Shown here: positions 9,485-19,200 of the stretch, piece after piece | How positions within the stretch are numbered: position 1 is the stretch's first letter | How the letters are laid out: every line of letters begins with the position of its first letter | Origin: an uncultured Bacilli bacterium | GTDB lineage: Bacteria > Bacillota_I > Bacilli_A > RF39 > UBA660 | Direction: 5' to 3' | Assembly: GCA_910585045.1 (NCBI GenBank) | Contig: CAJUCD010000006.1 | Coordinates: 12,580 to 76,579 of the forward strand | Length of the DNA stretch: 64,000 nt | The notes under the pieces: model-generated | What the model was told of the DNA's origin: nothing | What the model saw: the letters and a program-made list of their open reading frames with translations, nothing else | Databases searched by the model: none | Program-made: the position numbers and the translations under genes

Positions 9485-10579
9485 ATGAATGATGCAATAT
9501 TTTCGCAGATTGATTTTGGACCTTTAAAGGAATTTATAGATATTGATGATATTACAGATATCTCATATTCTAATGGTGGACAATTGTGGCTTAAATCTTT
9601 AACTAAAGGAGTTTATAGAGTTGAAAGACCAGAAATAAATAATCCACTGATAGAAAAGCTAGCGTTCCAATGTTCAAATGTAATGGGAAAAACATTCAAT
9701 ATGGCACACCCTTTTTTAGATGCTGAAAGTACAGAATTACGTCTTAACTTTGTTCACGATTCGATAGCTACTAATGGAGTAGCACTAGTTATTCGTAAAA
9801 CGCCAGCGAAGATTCGTCTTAATAAGGAAAAATTACTAAATGAAGAATATGTTAGAGCGGATTTATTAGATTTTCTACTTAATTGTGTACAGGGTCATGC
9901 TAATATAATTGTTAGTGGGGAAACTGGTTCTGGTAAAACAGAGCTTGTTAAGTATCTTGCTAGTACTACTAAAGAAAATGAAAAAATAATAACTATAGAA
10001 GATACTTTGGAGTTGCACTTAGATAGAATATTTCCACATCGAGATATTGTAGCGATGAAAACAAATAATATTGCTTCTTATTCGGATGTTTTAGTTACAT
10101 GTATGAGACAGAATCCAATTTGGATATTATTATCAGAGGTTCGTAGTGCTGAGGCAGTAATGGCAGTACGTAACTCAATATCTTCAGGACATCATATTAT
10201 TTCGACAATCCATTCAGATAAAGCAGCATTAATTCCAATGCGTATGTATAGTTTGATAGAGTCTAACATTGATGTTGAACAGTTTGTTACTACTATACAT
10301 AGATATGTACAAATTGGAATATATGTAAAAGGCTATATGAGTGAGAAATTAGGAAGATTTCAACGTGAAATAATGGAAATTTGTGAATTTTATGTTGATG
10401 ATGATAATAAACCGCAAGTTAATACAATATTTCAAAAAACTTTGGATGGGAAATATACTTTAAATAATCCTACAAAACATCTTAGAAGCTATTTAGCAAT
10501 TCAAGGTGTTATCTTACCAGATGATTTATTTCATATAGAAAGTAGTAATATTGGTTCTGAGATGATAGAGTCTTTGTAG
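9485..10579 (+). CDS. CpaF/TadA-family (VirB11-like) secretion ATPase
   Basis: Walker A GETGSGKTE, Walker B/Asp box WILLSEVRSAEA, His box GHHIISTIHSD; 364 aa; GGGAGG RBS. Confidence 0.85.
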   Translation: MNDAIFSQIDFGPLKEFIDIDDITDISYSNGGQLWLKSLTKGVYRVERPEINNPLIEKLAFQCSNVMGKTFNMAHPFLDAESTELRLNFVHDSIATNGVALVIRKTPAKIRLNKEKLLNEEYVRADLLDFLLNCVQGHANIIVSGETGSGKTELVKYLASTTKENEKIITIEDTLELHLDRIFPHRDIVAMKTNNIASYSDVLVTCMRQNPIWILLSEVRSAEAVMAVRNSISSGHHIISTIHSDKAALIPMRMYSLIESNIDVEQFVTTIHRYVQIGIYVKGYMSEKLGRFQREIMEICEFYVDDDNKPQVNTIFQKTLDGKYTLNNPTKHLRSYLAIQGVILPDDLFHIESSNIGSEMIESL

Positions 10580-10592
10580 AGGGAGGATTTGA

Positions 10593-11489
10593 ATGGAATT
10601 AGTTATTTTAATGGCAATAGCGTTATTTGTAATTATATATCGCAGAAATGATGGTAGTGAATCCTTTTATACTTTTATGAAATCTCAGTTTGGAATTGTA
10701 TATCAGAAATATGCTCCTTATAGTTTTCAGACTATAAGTGCAAAAATGAAAGAATTAAAACAAGAATATACAATGAAAGACTATATGATTCAAATTGTGG
10801 TATTAGGTGGTTTAGCTGGTGGTATAGCATATTTATATTTTTATAGTTTAATAATGGTTGCTGCGTATGGTGGAGTTGCAATAGCATTGATTCCATATTT
10901 GGCTTGGTTAAGAAGTAAAAGGCTTTATAGTGAGTATATATTTGAGCAAATTCAAGTTTATACAACTAATGTTATTATGGAATTTAATACAACACAAAGT
11001 TTTGTTAAATCATTAGAAGGTGTTAGAGATTCTGGTATTGTTGAAGATCCTGTTTTGGAAGATATAAAAATGATGATTAATATGTCTTATCAAAATGGTA
11101 CTATAGATGAATCTATTGAGTATTTTAATCAAAAATATCCATATTATATGGTTAAAAATATGCATCAATTGTTTTTACAAATTACCAAAGAAGGTGCTAA
11201 AGATTCTGGTGAAGCTTTAGAAAATATGAGTATGGATATAGACTCTTTAGTTGAAGGCGTTTATAGGGACCAAATGGACCGTAAACAATTTCATACTAAA
11301 TTTATAACATTTGCTTTGGTTTTATTTTTGTTAGTTTTAGTTATGCAAGTTTTATTAGGGAAAGATAGTTATTTAAAGCTTTTAGATATGTGGTATGTTC
11401 ATATAATATTACATGCTATAATTTTTATTAATTGCTTTTTCTTACTCTCAGGTGAAAAATATTATAATGATGATGTGGGGGTAGAATAA
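10593..11489 (+). CDS. TadB-like inner-membrane platform protein (T2SS-F-like)
   Basis: N-terminal TM, ~150-aa cytoplasmic domain, C-terminal TM helices; position directly after the ATPase; GAGGGAGG RBS. Confidence 0.55.
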   Translation: MELVILMAIALFVIIYRRNDGSESFYTFMKSQFGIVYQKYAPYSFQTISAKMKELKQEYTMKDYMIQIVVLGGLAGGIAYLYFYSLIMVAAYGGVAIALIPYLAWLRSKRLYSEYIFEQIQVYTTNVIMEFNTTQSFVKSLEGVRDSGIVEDPVLEDIKMMINMSYQNGTIDESIEYFNQKYPYYMVKNMHQLFLQITKEGAKDSGEALENMSMDIDSLVEGVYRDQMDRKQFHTKFITFALVLFLLVLVMQVLLGKDSYLKLLDMWYVHIILHAIIFINCFFLLSGEKYYNDDVGVE

Positions 11490-12277
11490 TGCAAATAGAG
11501 ATAGCTATTATAGCTGCGATTATTTTTTATATATTAACTAAAAGTGGTAAAATTAGTATAAGTAAATTAATTGCAGATAATGAAATGTATTTAAGAAAAT
11601 TAAAAGAATCTGATTATGATTTTTATGTAAGAGCAAAATATGGTGATTCAGTTAATCCAGATATTTTATTTAATAAGAGATTACAAAATGCTTTTATTAT
11701 TATAGCTTTGACGTTTTGTTTGCTTTTGAATAATATGTCATATGTTTATGCTTTAGTTTGTTTAATAGTAGGTTTTTTGTTCTTTAAATTAGATTATATG
11801 AATTTAAAAAGCTATTATAAAAAACATTTAAATGATATTGATACTATGCTTCCATATTATTTAAAAGGTTTAGAAATTTTAATTCAACATTATACGGTGC
11901 CAGTAGCTATTGGTAAATCAATGGAGGATGCTCCTGAGATTTTTAGAGATGGTTTAAAAAATTTAATTAATGAGATTAATGCTGGTAATGATACAATTGA
12001 ACCTTATATGGAGTTTGCAAGACAATACCCAGTTCGTGATTCAATGAGAATGATGCGTTTGTTATATCGTCTTAGTTTAGGAAGACAGGAGAGAAAGCAA
12101 GAGCAATTATTGGCTTTTTCAAAAACAATTTCTAATTTACAGCAAAAAGCAAGAGAAACTAAATATAAAAACCGTTTGGATAAAATGGAAGGTAAGACAA
12201 TGAGCATGCTTATTACTACTGGATTAGGAGTTATGGTACTTTTGATATTAGCAGTAATAATGTTAATGGGAATTTAG
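11489..12277 (+). CDS. TadC-like inner-membrane platform protein (T2SS-F-like)
   Basis: Same TM / cytoplasmic domain / TM architecture; start overlaps the previous stop (ATGA). Confidence 0.55.
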   Translation: MQIEIAIIAAIIFYILTKSGKISISKLIADNEMYLRKLKESDYDFYVRAKYGDSVNPDILFNKRLQNAFIIIALTFCLLLNNMSYVYALVCLIVGFLFFKLDYMNLKSYYKKHLNDIDTMLPYYLKGLEILIQHYTVPVAIGKSMEDAPEIFRDGLKNLINEINAGNDTIEPYMEFARQYPVRDSMRMMRLLYRLSLGRQERKQEQLLAFSKTISNLQQKARETKYKNRLDKMEGKTMSMLITTGLGVMVLLILAVIMLMGI

Positions 12278-12358
12278 TTTACATTTAATGTGTTAATGAC
12301 TTGACATTTAATATTAGTTAAGATAGAATTATATTATATAGGAAAGCGAGGAAAGTGT

Positions 12359-12790
12359 ATGTTAATAATGGCAGCGCCTAAGGTGTGTTCTGATTTACAA
12401 GAAGTATGGCAAATTGTGGGATGGATATTATGGGTTTTTAAAATTGTAATTCCAATTATAATTATTATATTTGGTATGATAGATTTAGGAAAAGCTGTAG
12501 TTGCTAGTAAAGATGATGAAATAAAGAAATCTATTAAATCATTAGCTATGAGAGCAGTTGCAGGTGTAATAATATTCTTTATTCCAGCTTTAGTTGCAGC
12601 TATCTTTGGTATGGTGGATAGTTTCCAAGAAGTTGAAGGAGAATATGCTGTTTGTGAATTATGTATTAAGAATCCTGGTAAATGCGGTAGCAATGCTGGA
12701 TCTGGTAATAATGATCGTGGAACTAAGGAGTCTTGTACTAGTGCTGGCGGAGTTTGGGATAGTAAAACAAATACTTGCCAAGGCATTTAA
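12359..12790 (+). CDS. small two-helix membrane protein with cysteine-rich C-terminal tail; candidate pilin/major subunit (VirB2/TrbC-like topology, not Flp-like)
   Basis: Two hydrophobic helices (IVGWILWVFKIVIPIIIIIFGMI and AVAGVIIFFIPALVAAIFGMV) separated by a charged loop; tail CELCIKNPGKCGS...CTSAGGVWDSKTNTC; last gene before the operon terminator. Confidence 0.5.
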   Translation: MLIMAAPKVCSDLQEVWQIVGWILWVFKIVIPIIIIIFGMIDLGKAVVASKDDEIKKSIKSLAMRAVAGVIIFFIPALVAAIFGMVDSFQEVEGEYAVCELCIKNPGKCGSNAGSGNNDRGTKESCTSAGGVWDSKTNTCQGI

Positions 12791-12810
12791 TAATATTAAT
12801 TTAAGAAAAT

Positions 12811-12838
12811 ATTCCAGAAATGGAATTTTTTTGTTTTT
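12811..12838 (+). terminator. rho-independent terminator ending the Tad-like operon
   Basis: attcca-gaaa-tggaat hairpin followed by TTTTTTTGTTTTT. Confidence 0.65.
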
Positions 12839-12891
12839 AATGCATAAAAGTATTGACTTTAAACATAATATTTACTATAATTTAGTAGTAC

Positions 12892-12967
12892 TGCTCGTTT
12901 AGCTCAGTCGGTAGAGCGCACGGCTGTTAACCGTTAGGTCGTAGGTTCGAGTCCTACAACGAGCGCC
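12892..12967 (+). tRNA. tRNA-Asn (anticodon GTT)
   Basis: Cloverleaf with 7-bp acceptor gctcgtt/aacgagc, anticodon loop ctGTTaa, T-loop ggttcgagtcc, 3' CCA. Confidence 0.9.
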
Positions 12968-12978
12968 ATTTAGTATAT

Positions 12979-13017
12979 TAACAAACCTAGATAATTACTG
13001 GGTTTGTTTTATTTTTG
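12979..13017. repeat. tRNA-trailer hairpin element, copy 1 (second copy at 47877-47914)
   Basis: aacaaacc-N13-ggtttgtt followed by TTATTTTTG; 36 of 38 nt identical to 47877-47914. Confidence 0.55.
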
Positions 13018-13078
13018 TCTGTTTTTTTGAAAATGGCAAAATAAAAGAGATACTTAAGAAATCTTATGGAATATCTCT

Positions 13079-13113
13079 CCGTAATATACAAGTAATATAC
13101 AGGTAATATACAA
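13079..13113. repeat. three tandem direct repeats of gtaatatacaN; shorter two-copy version at 47967-47988
   Basis: cgtaatatacaa gtaatatacag gtaatatacaa; same 22-nt block recurs at 47967-47988. Confidence 0.5.
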
Positions 13114-13249
13114 ATATGTAATTAAATTTTTTATGTTATAAAATATTTTTTGGCACCTTTTTTCGGCACTATATAAAGAGATTAAGAAAATTACAATAAC
13201 ATTTCAATTCTTTACAAATAAAAATCTATCAGTAAGATAGATTTCTTTG

Positions 13250-13735
13250 TTATTTGCAACTATAGTCTTTTAAGTTATTTTCTTTAAATTCATCTAAAGA
13301 AATATTTGTAGAAGAATAGAAGCTATCATCATCAAAATTTTCGCCTAAAGATTCTTTTAAAGAGTCAATATTAAGTTTAGTATAATCAACTGTCATAACA
13401 TATTTTAAATTAGTATCAGATTCTTTGGTGTATTTAACATCCATGCCTTCTATTTCGTTGAATAGGTTAGCAAATATTACTCCAAATGAATAAGACATTT
13501 CTAACATATCTTTATCCATTTCAGAAATGTTAATATTTTCAACTTTGGTAACTTTATTATTTTTATAAGTAATATTCATTGTGTCATCAATTTTTTTACC
13601 ATCATCATCAGTATCAATTTTGTTACAACTTAATGTGCCAGAATTAGTTTTTGTTTCTGGAGAATTTTCTTTTTTTTCACATCCAGTTAAAAAGAAGGTA
13701 GCAGCTAATAATGCTATTAGTAAACCTTTTTTCAT
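13250..13735 (-). CDS. lipoprotein, function unknown
   Basis: Lipobox LLAATFFLTG|C after MKKGLLIAL; GAGGTG RBS; acidic secreted domain. Confidence 0.6.
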   Translation of the reverse strand: MKKGLLIALLAATFFLTGCEKKENSPETKTNSGTLSCNKIDTDDDGKKIDDTMNITYKNNKVTKVENINISEMDKDMLEMSYSFGVIFANLFNEIEGMDVKYTKESDTNLKYVMTVDYTKLNIDSLKESLGENFDDDSFYSSTNISLDEFKENNLKDYSCK

Positions 13736-13949
13736 AAAACTCAATTTCACACCTCACTTTCTAAATTTTTTATTAAAATACAAAAGTGATTTAACCATTA
13801 TCGTTAAGATAGTGTTATATACAAATTATAATAAAAATTATGTAATAAATCAAACTTATTTGTAAAATTAAATGAAATATTTGCCATTGACTATAAATAC
13901 GTTTGTATGTTATTATGAATATAACTTAAGGATTATAAAGGTATTTAAT

Positions 13950-16298
13950 ATGAAAGAAAATATAGTTATTATTGCGGAAAATAGTAAAAAGAAAAAAATT
14001 TTGATGAAACTTAGTAGAAGTAAGTTATTGTATAATATTAAATTTTTAACTTTTAAAGAATTAAAGAAAAAGATTTTTTTTGATTATGATAATAAAACAT
14101 TAGAATATGTTATGAAAAATTATAATGTTGGTTTAAGTGTTGCTAGAATATATTTGGATAATTTATATTTTTTGAAGGATATTAATTATAAAAAAGTGCA
14201 ATTTTTAATAGATTTAAAAAAAGATTTGGAAGATAAGAATTTATTAATCTTAGATCACAATTTTAAAGATTGGATTAATAATAAAAAAGTAATTGTTTAT
14301 GGATATAAGAAGTTTTCAAAAGAACAAGAAATTCTTTTAAATAGTTTAGAAGTTAATTATGAAATTAAAGATGATAATTTAAAGCAATGTATGCCAGTAG
14401 TTTATGAAGCAAAAACTATGGAAGATGAAGCCCAATTTGTTGTTACTAAGATTAGTGAATTATTGAGTAAAAAAATTGATATTAATAAAATTAAGCTCGT
14501 TATTAGTAGTGACTATAGAAATGTTGTAATAAGATATTTTAGATTGTTTAATATTCCTATTAATATGGATAGTTTATCTTCTTTTTATAGTACAATTCTT
14601 GCCCAAGATTTTTTAAAGAATTATGATAATTTAGATATTGCTGATAATATTTTATTATTAAGAGAAAAATATAGTAATGTTAATGATTTAGTAAATATTA
14701 TTAATAGATCTGTTTTAGTAGAAAATAAAGAATTAAGAAAAGAATTTATAATAGAAGATTTGAAGAATTGTAAAGTAAAACCTAAAGTTTATGACAAAGC
14801 TGTTTCTATTTGTGATTTAGAGGAAATAGAAGAAGATGATTATGCTTTTATAATGGGATTTAATATAAATTTTTATCCTAAAGTATTTCGTGATGAAGAA
14901 TATTTGAGTGATGAGATAAAAGAAGCTTTAGGAATTGATATTAGTTCTTATAAAAATATGATAGCTAAAGAATATATTAAAGATGTGATACTTAGTTTGC
15001 CTAATTTATATCTTACTTATAAACTTTCTAGTGCTAAAGGAGTTTTTTATCCTTCACTTTTAATTCAGGAAATGGGATTACGAGTGGAAACTATAGAAAT
15101 GGAAGCTGCAGTTTCTTTTTCAAAAATTTGGTCTAAAATTAAATATGCACATGATTTGGATAATTTTTATAAGTTTAATGTAATTGGAGACAATTTAGGA
15201 TTATATAAGAATAGTTTGATGATAGATTATAGAGAGTATAATAATGAATTTAATGGTATAAATAATGACTTTTATAAGGAAAGCTTAGGAAATGAGTTAA
15301 GTTTAGCTTATACTAATATGGAAATGTATAATGAGTGTGCATTTAGATATTATTTAAGTAAAGTTTTAAAAATAGATTTGTTTGAGGAAAGTTTTAAAAC
15401 TATTATAGGTAATATAGTACATCATATTCTAGAGCTAGGTTTAAAAAAGGATATTGATATTAATGTAGAAATTATAAAGTTCATTAAAGAAAAAGATTAT
15501 GTTTTAACGTCAAGAGAATATTTTTATTTAGAGATGTTAAGTGAGGATATAAAAAAAATATTAAGGGTAATAAAGAAACAATCTTTACATAGTAAATTAA
15601 ATAAATATTTATTTGAAAATGAATTTTATGTTTATAAAGATAGACAAGATATTAATGTTTCATTTAAGGGATTAATAGATAAAGTTATGTATGCTGATAT
15701 TAATGGTAAAGAAGTTATTATGGTGGTTGATTATAAAACAGGAAGTACTTTAGTTACTTTGGATAATTTAGAGTATGGCTTAAATATTCAGTTGCCTATT
15801 TATTTATATTTATTAAAAAATTCTGAAAGATTTAAAGATGCTGTTATTGCTGGCTTTTATGTTCAAAAAGTTTTAGATAGCGTGCCATCAATAGTGGATG
15901 GTAAAAGTATTAATGAATTAAGAGAAGAAAATATGAGATTGCAGGGTTATTCTAATAGTTCTAATAGTATTTTAGAATTAATTGATGATGAGTATCAAGA
16001 TAGTAAGATTATAAAAGGTTTGAGATTTAAAACAAATGGAGAACTATATAGTAGTGCTAAAGTATTATCTAGTAAAGATATGGATGATTTGACAGTAAAA
16101 GTAGATTTAAAGATTGAAGAATGCATTAGCAATATTTTGGAAGGTAAGTTTGATATTAACCCTAAAGTAATCAATAATAAAAATATTTCATGTACATATT
16201 GTAAATTTAAAGATATTTGTTTTAAGTGTAAGAAAGATGAAATAGTGTTAGGAGGTGAAGTTGATGAATTGGACGAAGGAACAGGAGTTAGCAATTAA
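13950..16298 (+). CDS. addB: helicase-nuclease AddAB subunit B (compact form with RecB-like nuclease and Fe-S Cys cluster)
   Basis: C-terminal RecB-family nuclease motif VVDYKTGS and Cys cluster CTYCKFKDICFKC; directly upstream of addA with overlapping ends; shorter than typical AddB. Confidence 0.7.
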   Translation: MKENIVIIAENSKKKKILMKLSRSKLLYNIKFLTFKELKKKIFFDYDNKTLEYVMKNYNVGLSVARIYLDNLYFLKDINYKKVQFLIDLKKDLEDKNLLILDHNFKDWINNKKVIVYGYKKFSKEQEILLNSLEVNYEIKDDNLKQCMPVVYEAKTMEDEAQFVVTKISELLSKKIDINKIKLVISSDYRNVVIRYFRLFNIPINMDSLSSFYSTILAQDFLKNYDNLDIADNILLLREKYSNVNDLVNIINRSVLVENKELRKEFIIEDLKNCKVKPKVYDKAVSICDLEEIEEDDYAFIMGFNINFYPKVFRDEEYLSDEIKEALGIDISSYKNMIAKEYIKDVILSLPNLYLTYKLSSAKGVFYPSLLIQEMGLRVETIEMEAAVSFSKIWSKIKYAHDLDNFYKFNVIGDNLGLYKNSLMIDYREYNNEFNGINNDFYKESLGNELSLAYTNMEMYNECAFRYYLSKVLKIDLFEESFKTIIGNIVHHILELGLKKDIDINVEIIKFIKEKDYVLTSREYFYLEMLSEDIKKILRVIKKQSLHSKLNKYLFENEFYVYKDRQDINVSFKGLIDKVMYADINGKEVIMVVDYKTGSTLVTLDNLEYGLNIQLPIYLYLLKNSERFKDAVIAGFYVQKVLDSVPSIVDGKSINELREENMRLQGYSNSSNSILELIDDEYQDSKIIKGLRFKTNGELYSSAKVLSSKDMDDLTVKVDLKIEECISNILEGKFDINPKVINNKNISCTYCKFKDICFKCKKDEIVLGGEVDELDEGTGVSN

Positions 16299-19200
16299 TC
16301 AAGAAGGAACTAATATAATTGTATCCGCAGGAGCTGGTTCAGGTAAAACAGCAGTTTTATCAGAAAGGGTTCTTAGGAAAGTTAAAAGTGGAATTGATAT
16401 AAGGAATATACTTATTTTGACTTTTACAAATGAAGCAGCTGGAGAAATGAAAAATAGAATCCGTAAGAAATTAATGAAAGAAGATTTAAAAGAACAATTG
16501 GAATATATTGATGCTGCTTATATTACAACTTTTGATGCTTATGCCTTATCAATTGTGAAGAAATATCATTATTTATTAAACATTAGTAAAAATATTTCAA
16601 TTATTGATGCGTCTCTAATTATGTTAGAAAAAGAAAGAGTATTAGAAGAAATATTTTTGGAATTGTATGATAAAAAAGATGAAGATTTTTTAAAATTAAT
16701 AAGAGATTTTACTAATAGAAATGATAAAGTAATAAAGGAAGCTATTTTAAGTATAAATGATGCTTTAGATTTGAAATATGATAAAAAAGAGTATTTAGAT
16801 AGTTATTTAGAAAATTTTTATAAAGATGATTATATAAATTGTTTATTTGATGAATATTATGCTTATTTAAAGAATTTAGTAACGTCTTTAGAAAATGATG
16901 TTTATGCTTTAGAAGGAATGGTTGACGAAAAACTATTTGGGAAAATTTATGATAGTTATAGTGTTCTATTTAATCCTAAATGTTATAATGATTTATATAA
17001 GATTAAAGATATACCAAGAGTGCAATTTAGAAATATTCCTGAGGAAGCTATAAGTATAAAAGAATCTTTAAAAGCTAATAAAGATGAAATTTTAGAATTA
17101 ACAAAATATAGTGAAGAAGAATTAAAAGAGCAAATTAAGAGTACTAAGACTTATGTTAAAGTTATTATAGATATTATTTTAAAACTTGATGAAAGATTAA
17201 ATAAATATAAATTAAAAAATGAAGCTTTTGAGTTTTGTGATATTGCTAAAATGGCAATTAGAGTAGTTAAGGAACATGAAGATATTTGTGAAGAACTAAA
17301 AAATACTTATAATGAAATATTAATTGATGAATATCAAGATACTAATGATTTACAAGAGATTTTTATATCTAATATAGAGAATTCTAATGTTTATATGGTA
17401 GGGGATATAAAGCAATCTATTTATCGTTTTAGGAATGCTAATCCTAATATATTTAAAAATAAATATGATAATTATGCTAAATCTATAGGTGGTGAAAAAA
17501 TAGATTTATTAAAGAATTTTCGCTCTAGAAAAGAAGTATTAGATAATATTAATAAAATATTTGAATTAATAATGACTAATGATATTGGAGGGGTTGACTA
17601 TCAAGATAGTCATGCGATGGTTTATGGTAATTTAGCTTATATAAATGAAGGTAAAAATGATTATGATAATAATATGGAAATTATTAAGTATGATAATGAT
17701 TTTAAAGATTTTTCAAAAGCGGAAATAGAAGCTTTTATTATAGCTAATGATGTAAAAAAGAAATATTTGAATAAATATCAAGTTTATGATTTTGATTTGA
17801 AAAAAAATAGAAATATTAAGTATAGTGATTTTTGTATAATTTTGGATAGAGGCAGTGATATGCCTATATATAAGAAAATATTTGAGTCATTAAATATTCC
17901 GATGGTTGTTTATAAAGATAGTGATTTAGTAATGGAAAATGATATTTTAATTATTAAAAATATTGTTAATTTAGTTATATTGATTAAAGAAAAAGACTAT
18001 GGAATAAATATGCGATATGCTTTTACTAGTGTTGCTAGAAGTTTTGTTGGCAATATGAGTGATGCAGAGATTTTTAAATGTATAAAGAGTAATTCTTTTT
18101 TTGAAACAGAAGTTTATCGGAAATGTTTTCTTTTAGCAGATGATTTAGATAATAAGACTCCAAATATTTTATTAAGAGAAATAATAGATATATTTAATTT
18201 TTATGAAAATTTTATTAAAGTTGGAAATGTTAAAGCAGGAATTACAAGGTTGGAATATTTATTAGATTTAGCAAGCTCAATAGAAAATTTAGGTTTTACT
18301 ATTTTGAATTTTAGAGACTATTTAGATAATATAGTTAGTAATAAAAAAGAAATAAGGTATAAAGAACTTAATGAAGACAGTAATTGTGTAAAGATAATGA
18401 ATATTCATAAATCTAAAGGATTAGAATTTGCTATTTGTTATTTTGCAGGTTTTAAAAAAGATTTTAATTTAAGAGATTTGAATTCTAGATTTATGTTTGA
18501 TAATAAATATGGAATTTTAACACCATTTTATAATGAAGGAATAGGGACACTTTTAACAAAAACTTTAATTAAGCAGAAATATTATCAAGATGAAATTTCA
18601 GAGAAGATTAGACTATTTTATGTTGCATTTACAAGAGCTAAAGAAAAGATAATAATGGTTATGCCTGATTTTAAAAATGAGATGGTTCAAAATAATCATA
18701 TTGATTATTTAACTGGTATTAAATATAGGTCTTTTTATGATTTTATAAATTCTATTTCGATTAATTTGCGAAATTATACTACTACTATATCTTTAGATTC
18801 TTTAAATATTAATAAAGACTATGAAAGTGTTTTGAATACTTCTAATTTGGATGTAACATGTAACGATAGCATATGTTTTTATGAGAATGAAATTGATAGT
18901 AAATTAATAGAAAATAAACATGCATCAAAAATAATAAATAGTGTTTTGACAAGAGAAGAAGCTAAAACTTTAGAGTTTGGTACAATGATGCATGAAATGT
19001 TAGAAATGACAGATTTTAAGAAAATTTTAATTACTAATAAATATGTGGAAAATTTAAAGAATAATTTTGATTTTGATGGGGCAATTATATATCAAGAATT
19101 AGAATTTATATATTTTGGGGAAGATATAGAATATCATGGAATAATTGATTTGATGTTAGAGTATGATAAGGAAATAAAAATTATTGATTATAAGTTAAAG

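Noticed and set aside
9485-12277. Interpretation of the ATPase plus membrane genes as a spoIIIA-like operon
   Set aside because: Sizes and order do not fit spoIIIAA-AH. The upstream CpaB-like gene and the two ~290-aa T2SS-F-like proteins fit Tad better, and no SpoIIIAG/AH (YscJ-like) genes are present.
12334-12786. 150-aa minus-strand ORF fully overlapping the pilin-like gene
   Set aside because: It is antisense to a gene with RBS and operon context. Its Pro/Ser/Leu-rich composition is typical of a reverse-frame artefact of an AT-rich hydrophobic gene.
2635-12838. Conjugative type IV secretion system
   Set aside because: There is no VirB4-, VirD4/TcpA- or relaxase-like protein, and no oriT-like or mobile-element boundaries.
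13581-13865. 94-aa plus-strand ORF overlapping the minus-strand lipoprotein gene
   Set aside because: It has no RBS and is antisense to a better-supported gene (lipobox, RBS).
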